This document shows, piece after piece, positions 55,492 to 64,000 of a DNA stretch of 64,000 nucleotides (its first letter is position 1; each line of letters opens with the position of its first letter). The notes under the pieces were generated by a model that searched no databases, was not told the origin of the DNA, and saw nothing but the letters and a program-made list of their open reading frames with translations. The translations under genes were made by a program, and so were the position numbers. Source of the stretch: an uncultured Bacteroidota bacterium (GTDB lineage: Bacteria; Bacteroidota; Bacteroidia; Bacteroidales; DTGW01); assembly GCA_963808135.1 (NCBI GenBank), contig CAWEFA010000078.1, positions 13,797-77,796 of the forward strand. Direction: 5' to 3'.

Positions 55492-56500
55492 ATCTGCTTT
55501 AGTAGTTTGATTATTAATGTTGATTTTCCTTCAATTGATTGGTATTTGCTAAAGCGTTCCACACCTGCGCTTACATATCGTTTGTACCAATAATAATGGA
55601 AACCCTTTGATGAAATTAAAAAGACAGAAACCCGAAGAAAATCCCAAGCTTCTGTCTTAACTGCAAATGTTATTTGGTTATCTTATTACTTCTTCTCAAA
55701 CTTAAACGAACTCTGATTGTTGTTGTCGGTTATCTTTGTGATATATATACCGCTTGCCAGCTGGCTGACATCAATCGAATTTTCCGAGGTATATTTATCA
55801 ATCATCAGTTGACCGGTAATGGAATATATCGAAATTTTTGCACTACCGGTAAGATTTTTAATGTGCAAAATATCTTCAACCGGATCGGGATAAATATTCA
55901 AAGGTTCGCTTGATAGCTCATCAATTTTTGTTTCCTTTTCAGTTATAGGAGCATTAGCTGCTGAAAATTCCGCACCGGCATCCTGGGTAACAATTATAGT
56001 ATTATCTGCAACACCAGTTGCCGATACCGTAACAGTTGCTGTTTGAGTTGTAGCGCCTGGATTGGCCGCTGCTGTTAAAGTGATGGTGGCATTACCAGAA
56101 CCTGCATTAACGCTTGAGGTAAGCCATATTTGATCGATAGCTATCGTCCACGAAGTGTTAGAGGTAATATTGAAAGTTGAAGTACTGTTAGCCGCAGCTG
56201 CTATTTCCAGCGTACTTGCAGATAAACTTAATGTAGCTGCAGCAGCCTGGGTAACATTAATGGTTTTTAGTAACGTGCCATTATCTGAAACGGTTATTGT
56301 TGCAGTTCTGTTTGCAATAGTTGTATTAGCCGTTGCTGTTAAGGTTACGAATGCATTGCCATTACCGGAAGCGGAACTCAGGGTTAACCATGGCTGGTTA
56401 CAGGTTATTGTCCATGATGTGTTAGAAGTAACCTTAACACAAGCAGTACTGTTAGCTGCAGCGCTAATATACAAACCACCTATGGATAATGTAGGTGGTC

Positions 56501-57701
56501 CTTACATTCAAGTTTCTAATGCAACTATTCAGTTTATATTTTTCAATTTAAAGATAATTACTTTTTTTCTTCGGGCAACATGCCATTGAAATATTAATAA
56601 CTCTATGTATTATAATATTTTAAAGGTAGAGTTATTAACATTTCAACAGCACATAACCATCATCATCTACAGTTTTTCAAAATATAGTTTTCAAAAACCT
56701 CTTTTGGTGTTTGCCAATTCAATACTTTTCGTGGGCGATTGTTAAGCAAATCCTGCACTTGCTGTATCTTTCCTGATGGTATTTCATTGAAGTCTGTTCC
56801 TTTTGGAAAGAAATCCCTAATCAGCATATTGGTGTTTTCATTGGTGCCTCGTTGCCAAGGACTATACGGACTTGCAAAGAATACTTTGATTTGTGTTTCT
56901 TTGGTAAACAATTTATGCTGGGCCATCTCAAACCCATTATCATGCGTTGTGCTCAAACGCATCTGTTCCGGCAGGGTAAGCATTTTCTCTGCAAATGCCC
57001 TGCGTACGGTAGGTGCGCTCCTGTCTTTTAACTTTACCAATAACGTAGTCCGTGTGGTTCGTTCTACTATGGACCCAATAGCACTTTTACCATCTTTCCC
57101 AATGATTAAATCGCTTTCCCAATGACCTGGAATCAACCGATCCTCTACCTCAGGTGGTCGCTCTGATATATCTATCCTGTCGGGTATCCTGCTTCGAAGT
57201 AGACCTCTACTCTCAGGCTTCCTCCTTTGGCCCTTTTGCTGTCGCAAATAGCTTATCAATTCCTTACGAAGCTCTTTCTTTGCCCATAGGTAGATGTATG
57301 TGTAGATGCTTTCGTGTAACACGTGATATCGCTTATTATGTTTATAAACTTGTCTTAATCGTTTTGATATTCGTTCAGGTGACCAATGTTGCTTGAGATG
57401 AAGTATTATCTTGTATTCAAGCAAAGGGTCTTTCTGTATCTTGCTCCCTTTGTGTTTTATTTTATTACCCTGAGTAGCATTCAACTGAGCTAATTCCGAA
57501 CGATATATCAAACCGCTATTACGCTCTATTTCACGATTTATTGTACTCCTCGGTCGGTTAAGTGTCAGGGCTATTTCTGACCGCTTTTTACCTTGACTTA
57601 GTAATAACTCAATTTTTACTCTTTCTTCATAACTAATTCTTGTGTATCCATTCATAGTGCAACTTTTTAGAATAAAGTTGCATTAGATATTTGAACTCAA
57701 G
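56501..57701 (-). mobile_element. IS30-family insertion sequence, 1201 bp, 3-bp target duplication GTC
   Basis: 26-bp imperfect IRs CTTACATTCAAGTTTCTAATGCAACT / AGTTGCATTAGATATTTGAACTCAAG; GTC at 56498-56500 and 57702-57704. Confidence 0.93.
56663..57655 (-). CDS. IS30-family transposase
   Basis: GHWESDLI, DNGFEM, PWQRGTNENTN, LNNRPRK. Confidence 0.95.
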   Translation of the reverse strand: MNGYTRISYEERVKIELLLSQGKKRSEIALTLNRPRSTINREIERNSGLIYRSELAQLNATQGNKIKHKGSKIQKDPLLEYKIILHLKQHWSPERISKRLRQVYKHNKRYHVLHESIYTYIYLWAKKELRKELISYLRQQKGQRRKPESRGLLRSRIPDRIDISERPPEVEDRLIPGHWESDLIIGKDGKSAIGSIVERTTRTTLLVKLKDRSAPTVRRAFAEKMLTLPEQMRLSTTHDNGFEMAQHKLFTKETQIKVFFASPYSPWQRGTNENTNMLIRDFFPKGTDFNEIPSGKIQQVQDLLNNRPRKVLNWQTPKEVFENYILKNCR

Positions 57702-59314
57702 GTCCTGCATCCTGTGTAACAGTAACGGTTACAGGTATTACCCCGAGTCCTGAAAAGGTTACGGTAGCTGTTCTGGGCTCAATAGTCGGGTTGGCTGTTG
57801 CTGATAAAGTTACGGTAGCATTGTTCAGGCCTCTGGCGGGGACTACGGTTAACCATGTTTGATTGCTCGAAGCTGCCCAATTGATATTGGAAGATACGGT
57901 AACTGTATTCTTATTGGCAATTGGCGGAATATCCAGCGAAGTGGGGGAAACATTTAAATACGGGGCATCCTGAACAACAATAACAGTTACCGGCGCTACC
58001 CCGGCTCCTGAAACGGTTACGTTAGCTGTTCTGGTGGCGCTGGCAGGATTGGCTGTTGCCGAAAGTAATGGTAGCATTACCCGAGCCTTTGGCGGCGCTT
58101 ACGGTTAGCCAGCTTTGGTTGCTCGAAACTGTCCAACTGACATTGGAGGTTATGGTAATTGTATTTTTGCTGGCAATAGGTGGAATATCGAATGAGGTTG
58201 GAGAAACATTTAAAAATGGCGCATCTCCTCCTGTCGTGGTTTTTAGAATCCTACCGTTAAAACCAACAGCATACCCTGTATTGGCATTGGTAAAAAAAAC
58301 AGAAAATAAATCTTGTGTTCCGTTTGTTTCATTTTCTTGATAAAACCAAGTAATTCCTCCATCGGTAGTTTGTAATATTGCTCCGTTCATACCAACAGTG
58401 TGCCCTGTATTGGCATCGGTGAATTGAACTGAACATAATTGTGGTATTCCACTTGTTTGTTTAGTCCAGGTAGTTCCTCCATCGGTTGTTTTTTTAATTA
58501 CATTAAGACCAACAGCGTATCCTGTATTGGCATCAGTGAAATAAACTGAAGTTATGCCAGTACCAACATCGTTTTTTTGTATTTGCCAATCAGTTCCAGC
58601 ATCGGTTGTTTTACAAAATAAATTACTTCCTGGCACTTCAAAATAGACACCAACAGCATATCCCGTATTGGCATCGGTAAAAAATATTGAAGTAAACTCA
58701 TAATCAGAATTAAAATTATTTGCAGGCGTCCAAGAAGAACCTCCATTAATTGTTTTTAAAATTAAACCTCTACCAACAGCATAACCATTATTGGCATCAG
58801 TAAAACAAATAGAGAATAAACTATTAATTGTACCACTTGTTAAAACTATCCAAGTAGTCCCGCCATTGGTTGTTTTTAAAATTGTTCCATTGGCACCATC
58901 CACATAACCTATATTGACATTAGTGAAAAAAACCGATCTTAAATCATTAGTTGTACCGCTTTTTAGTGAAGTCCAAGTGGTTCCGCCATTGGTTGTTTTT
59001 AAAATTGTTCCATTGGCACCAACCACCCAGCCAATATTGGCATTAATGAAATAAACCGAATACAATGAATTAGTTGTACCACTGGTTTGAGCAGTCCATC
59101 CGGAAGGTTGGGCAACTGCCTTCAACATATTATGCGGATTGCTGGTTTGAGCATGTACAAATATGCTGCAAAGGGCTATAAAACGGATAATAGTAAAAAA
59201 TTTTTTCATTTTAGTTTTGTATTAAATTATTAAATAAGGCATGTTTAACTATCAGGTATATAATTTCCGTAAAATGCAATATTAAAAATTATTTTTATTT
59301 CATTTCAAATTTTA

Positions 59315-60130
59315 GGTCATGGGTTAAAACGGCTGATTACTCCGTTTCCATATGTGCCACTTCTGTAATAATGCCTTTCTATGTACATTCCTATAACATT
59401 GTCATGAATGTCGGTATCTCTGGAATAACAGATGGTTTTTCGGTTTAGCCTTTTTATGTGTGTCCTAAAGTTTAGGTTTTTCCTTTCGATTTTCCAAGTC
59501 TGATCCTTGCCAATTACATGTTTATCTTCCGGCAGTAAGCTTGAATAAGCGCCCCAATCATCTGTATAGTAACGATTGATTGGGATATTGGACAAATAGC
59601 CTAATAGCGTTCTAAAATCTTCGTTTGTCCTTTTGCCATTGTGCCAGGCAAGTATTAACCCTGATTTCTTATCCATCGCATACCAAGTCCACCGCTGATT
59701 CCTTTTGTTCGCCACAAAACTCCAAAACTCATCCATTTCTGCTGTATAATATATAACAACATCAAGCCTTTCGAGCTGATTGGCCTCTATCATGTCAAGT
59801 ACGTATGGGTTTGTTTGTGGCGTTTTTTTTTAGCACCGACATCACGGTGTTTTTATTGATTTGTAATGTTCTGCTTATATCTCGGACTCCGCTACTATTC
59901 ATCGTAAGTTCGATTATTTGTTCTTTAATGCCTGGTTTTCGTGCATTGTACTTAAATTCATACTGGAAATATTTCTTGCATTTATTACAATGCCAACGCT
60001 GTGTTCCATTTCTATGACCGTTCTTTACTAAATCATCGTTATTGCAATTTGGACATGTTATGATATTGAAGTGCTTCATTGATGAGTTTTTCACAAATAT
60101 ACATCATTTCAGCCTATTTAACCCATGACC
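59315..60130 (-). mobile_element. IS1-family insertion sequence, 816 bp, 8-bp target duplication AAATTTTA
   Basis: IRs GGTCATGGGTTAAA / TTTAACCCATGACC; TSD at 59307-59314 and 60131-60138; insA (zinc finger + HTH) and insB (DEFWSFV, TDDW, IERKN) joined by an A-run slippery site near 59822-59832. Confidence 0.92.
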
Positions 60131-60144
60131 AAATTTTAGTTGCA

Positions 60145-60684
60145 ATGGGATTTACAAAAATATTTAGTTTAACATTGTCATTACATTTTATCGTGGCTAG
60201 TTTTGGACAGAGTTTCAAAAATTCCAATCAGGATTCAATAAAAATAACTGAGATTATAAAATGTCCTAAGATAGCATATCCAATAAAGGAAACAGAGATG
60301 TCAAACTATCAAATATGCTTTCGAAATATACTACCACCAAGACAGAAAATTACTAATAAAGATTATCTAGATACATATGACAAATGGGATCAACAACCCA
60401 AATATAAACAAATGGATAAGAGTGATTATGATTCAATAATATACTTTGTAAAGACATATGGATTATTGAATATAGATTTAAATTATTCAAAAGCTGATAC
60501 GACACAAGGAGAAATAATATTTAAAAGTGGTTCTTGTTCTCAAAGTTATTTAATAGAGACAAAAAATGATAAAATTAGTTTATCGATTTCTGGTGCATAT
60601 TGGTTTAAGTTGCCGTTAGTATTGAGAGATTTCGATGACTTATTTCAAAGAATAGCTGAAAAATATAGAATAGGAGATAAATAA
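60145..60684 (+). CDS. Hypothetical secreted protein (gene cassette 1)
   Basis: Likely start MGFTKIF with signal peptide; followed directly by an attC-like site. Confidence 0.65.
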   Translation: MGFTKIFSLTLSLHFIVASFGQSFKNSNQDSIKITEIIKCPKIAYPIKETEMSNYQICFRNILPPRQKITNKDYLDTYDKWDQQPKYKQMDKSDYDSIIYFVKTYGLLNIDLNYSKADTTQGEIIFKSGSCSQSYLIETKNDKISLSISGAYWFKLPLVLRDFDDLFQRIAEKYRIGDK

Positions 60685-60696
60685 AAAACAGCCTGC

Positions 60697-60827
60697 CACT
60701 AACAGCGTGTATAACCAATAGCGGTTGCAGAATGTTGCAAAATTTTTGTACTTTTAATATGTTTTTAGCGTGCAGACTGGTTAGTGCAAAAACATCCGCT
60801 ACTGGTCATACACGCGAACCGTTAGGC
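60697..60827 (+). other. attC-like recombination site 1 (131 bp)
   Basis: CACTAAC..GTTAGGC ends; arms GCGTGTATAACCAATAGCGG / CCGCTACTGGTCATACACGC. Confidence 0.75.
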
Positions 60828-60897
60828 CTAATTGAAGCGCGATTTGCCAAGGAGATAAATCAAATTTCAAAATTTATTATCTTTACAAAAAAAAGAT

Positions 60898-61080
60898 ATG
60901 CTTACAAAAGAAAAATTAAGTAAAACAGTAAATGAATTGCCAGATTCTTTTACAATAGACGAATTGATAGATCAATTGATATTTATTGAAAAAGTCGAAG
61001 AAGGAATTAAGCAATCTGAGTCAGGTAAAGTAATCTCAAATGAAGATGTCAAACTAATGATTGATAAATGGTCAAGATAG
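60898..61080 (+). CDS. Putative antitoxin
   Basis: 60-aa acidic protein (LPDSFTIDELID..KVEEGI..GKVIS) overlapping the toxin start. Confidence 0.75.
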   Translation: MLTKEKLSKTVNELPDSFTIDELIDQLIFIEKVEEGIKQSESGKVISNEDVKLMIDKWSR

Positions 61081-61367
61081 TTTGGACGGAGATTTCTATT
61101 GAAGACTTAAAAGAGATATTTGATTTTATAGCTGATGATTCGGCTAGATATGCGACAATTACAACACAAAAGATTTATCAAAGGGCACAAGAGATAATTA
61201 TCAATCCATATTTTGGTAGGATAGTTCCAGAATTTAATGATAAATCCATTCGAGAGTTAATAGAAGGCAACTATAGGATAATTTATAAAATTATAGATGA
61301 AATGCATGTTGATATATTACGAGTATTTCATTCAGCTAGATTATTAAAGAAAAAATCCATAAAATAA
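61068..61367 (+). CDS. RelE/ParE-family toxin
   Basis: IVWT..DLKEI, GRIVPE, RELIEGNYRIIY, ILRVFH. Confidence 0.9.
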   Translation: MVKIVWTEISIEDLKEIFDFIADDSARYATITTQKIYQRAQEIIINPYFGRIVPEFNDKSIRELIEGNYRIIYKIIDEMHVDILRVFHSARLLKKKSIK

Positions 61368-61376
61368 ATCAACTAT

Positions 61377-61507
61377 GCCTAACATCGGCTCATATAAAAT
61401 GCGGGTAATTGAGGGTTTGCAAGTTCAGTGGTTTCTAATTATATTTGTGTAGTGGAATTTATTCTGCAAGTAAATCTCGCACTTTACATAGCCGAGGAAC
61501 GTTGTGC
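61377..61507 (+). other. attC-like recombination site 2 (131 bp)
   Basis: GCCTAAC..GTTGTGC ends; arms TCGGCTCATATAAAATGCGGG / CTCGCACTTTACATAGCCGA with one unpaired base. Confidence 0.75.
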
Positions 61508-61525
61508 AACATACTGAAAACTGAC

Positions 61526-64000
61526 CTTGAGTTCAAATATCTAATGCAACTTTATTCTAAAAAGTTGCACTATGAATGGATACACAAGAATTAGTTATGA
61601 AGAAAGAGTAAAAATTGAGTTATTACTAAGTCAAGGGAAAAAGGGATCAAGAGGAAAAGTTGGGGGAATAAAAAAATCTAATTTCTTTGCAATAAAAATA
61701 CATGCAACAGAAAGAAGGATTAGATATAGCACAATTCGTATTGCCAGATGGCCTACTGGAATACTTTAACATAAACTATGTAAAGCAATCTCAAAAAGAG
61801 CTTTATATTTATTTAGAAGAAAAGAAAGATACTCCGCAGGAGTATAAAAGCGATAAGTTAACCTCCAAAGGCTTTTTCGAGGAAATCAAAGTACAAGATT
61901 TTCCAATCCGTGGAAAGGGAGTCTACTTATTAATCAAACGTAGGAAGTGGCTTAACGAAGATACAGGGGCTATAGTTAGCCGTAACTGGGAACTTGTGGC
62001 AAAAGGAACGCGAATGACAAAAGAATTTGCGGCTTTTTTAAAAGTTATTTCTCGATACCAAGCCAGTAAGTTGTAAAAGCGTAGGGGAATACTTTGGTGT
62101 TGATGGCGCTCAATTGGAAGAACAATACCGGGATTATATAAGCGATTTTCACACATGGGAACAATTATCACATGCCAATGAATGGATATTATTTGAAGAC
62201 AATATAGGCCCTTTCTTAAGTATAGATGAAACAGCGCTTTCTCAAGGCGAACTATACACAGTAATAACCAACAAAGAAGGCAAAGGTCGAAAAGGCACAC
62301 TGGTGGCCATGATTAAAGGGACCAATAGCGACACGATAAGGTCAATCTTAGAAAAAATACCTGCGCCCAAAAGGAACAAAGTACAGGAAATTACACTGGA
62401 CATGGCAGCAAACATGGAGAAGATAGCCCGCTTTAGTTTTCCTAAAGCAAGTTTGGTTACCGATAGGTTCCATGTGCAAAAACTGGCTTATGAAGCAGTA
62501 CAGGAGATACGCATACAATATCGTTGGCAAGCTATCGAACAAGAGAATAAAGAGATTGAACTCAGTAAAGAAACCGGCCAAAAGTATATTCCTGAGATAC
62601 TCGAAAATGGCGACACCTTAAAGAAGCTTTTAGCCCGAAGCCGGTATTTGCTTTTTAAACCCAAAGCTTCTTGGACGCCCTCTCAAATATATCGTGCAGA
62701 ACTACTATTCGCCAGATATCCACTGTTAGAAAAAGCCTATGGTTTGGCAATGCAATTAGGTACAATTTACAGTAAAACCAAGGATAAAGGAGTAGCTTTT
62801 TCTAAACTTGCTTTGTGGTATGAGAATGTGGAAAAATCGGGCTTTAAATCTTTCAATACCATTGCCCGATCTATAGAAGCCCATTACTTAACAATCCTCA
62901 ATTACTTTAATAATCGAAGCACTAATGCTTCTGCCGAATCATTCAATGCTAAGATTAAAGCATTCCGGTCTGCTTTTAGAGGTGTGAGAAATGTAAGTTT
63001 CTTCTTGTTTAGATTGGCCAATATTTATGCTTAATTTATTCCCCCCCAACTTTTCCTCTTGATCCGTAAAAAGCGGTCAGAAATAGCCCTGACACTTAAC
63101 CGACCGAGGAGTACAATAAATCGTGAAATAGAGCGTAATAGCGGTTCGATATATCGTTCGGAATTAGCTCAGTTGAATGCTACTCAGGGTAATAAAATAA
63201 AACACAAAGGGAGCAAGATACAGAAAGACCCTTTGCTTGAATACAAGATAATACTTCATCTCAAGCAACATTGGTCACCTGAACAGATATCAAAACGATT
63301 AAGACAAGTTTATAAACATAATAAGCGATATCACGTGTTACACGAAAGCATCTACACATACATCTACCTATGGGCAAAGAAAGAGCTTCGTAAGGAATTG
63401 ATAAGCTATTTGCGACAGCAAAAGGGCCAAAGGAGGAAGCCTGAGAGTAGAGGTCTACTTCGAAGCAGGATACCCGACAGGATAGATATATCAGAGCGAC
63501 CACCTGAGGTAAAGGATCGGTTGATTCCAGGTCATTGGGAAAGCGATTTAATCATTGGGAAAGATGGTAAAAGTGCTATTGGGTCCATAGTAGAACGAAC
63601 CACACGGACTACGTTATTGGTAAAGTTAAAAGACAGGAGCGCACCTACCGTACGCAGGGCATTTGCAGAGAAAATGCTTACCCTGCCGGAACAGATGCGT
63701 TTGAGCACAACGCATGATAATGGGTTTGAGATGGCCCAGCATAAATTGTTTACCAAAGAAACACAAATCAAAGTATTCTTTGCAAGTCCGTATAGTCCTT
63801 GGCAACGAGGCACCAATGAAAACACCAATATGCTGATTAGGGATTTCTTTCCAAAAGGAACAGACTTCAATGAAATACCATCAGGAAAGATACAGCAAGT
63901 GCAGGATTTGCTTAACAATCGCCCACGAAAAGTATTGAATTGGCAAACACCAAAAGAGGTTTTTGAAAACTATATTTTGAAAAACTGTAGATGATGATGG
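61526..64000 (+). mobile_element. Second IS30 copy, transposase interrupted by an ISL3-type element; right end beyond window
   Basis: Starts CTTGAGTTCAAATATCTAATGCAACT; 61572-61643 plus 63074-63994 nearly identical to the copy at 56501-57701. Confidence 0.92.
61644..63065 (+). mobile_element. ISL3-family (ISAon1-like) element, 1422 bp
   Basis: IRs GGATCAAGAGGAAAAGTTGGGGG / CCCCCAACTTTTCCTCTTGATCC; 8-bp TSD GGAAAAAG / GTAAAAAG; two ORFs (61702-62076, ~62114-63034; SIDET, DRFHV, AESFNAKIK) with TTTTTTAAAAG slippery site near 62034-62044. Confidence 0.9.

Larger units (their letters stand above)
55686..59209 (-). pseudogene. YCF48-like beta-propeller + BACON repeats + T9SS CTD protein (~770 aa), interrupted by IS30
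   Basis: Repeated FTDANTGYAVG/KTTDGG; BACON repeats (SNxSW..QxWL); IYPDP..LASGIY CTD. Removing IS30 and one GTC restores QDAGPPTL in frame; additional indel near 58065. Confidence 0.85.

Noticed and set aside
58230-59090. Repeated ~130-bp units as a CRISPR array or DGR template
   Set aside because: They are coding beta-propeller blade repeats; no cas or reverse transcriptase gene is present.
56501-64000. Composite transposon formed by the two IS30 copies
   Set aside because: The first copy has its own target duplication inside a gene that reconstructs in frame, so it is an independent insertion.

Overview
AT-rich chromosomal window from a Bacteroidota (probably Bacteroidales-like) bacterium. 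The left part is mostly housekeeping: infB (partial), nusA, rimP, rfbB, galE, glmS, panC/panD, rfaE2, radA and an ABC ATPase. It also holds a CBM10+GH134-like mannanase lipoprotein divergent from a hybrid two-component system, and an ECF-sigma/anti-sigma/beta-barrel/LamG module. A ~14 kb surface-polysaccharide cluster follows (27.1-41.3 kb). The most unusual locus is 41.7-55.5 kb. There a canonical fecR-susC-susD unit and an ECF sigma factor are flanked by two SusD-like proteins that lack a lipobox and carry T9SS C-terminal sorting domains; one has two SusD domains in tandem. One of them and fecR share an identical 26-bp ECF-type promoter core. The right end is a mobile hotspot: a YCF48/BACON/T9SS gene split by IS30, an IS1, two 131-bp attC-like sites flanking gene cassettes (one a RelE/ParE toxin-antitoxin pair), and an ISL3-type element nested in a second IS30. 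About ten genes, including essential ones, carry small indels that most likely are sequencing or assembly errors. All family assignments come from motif recognition; no searches were run.
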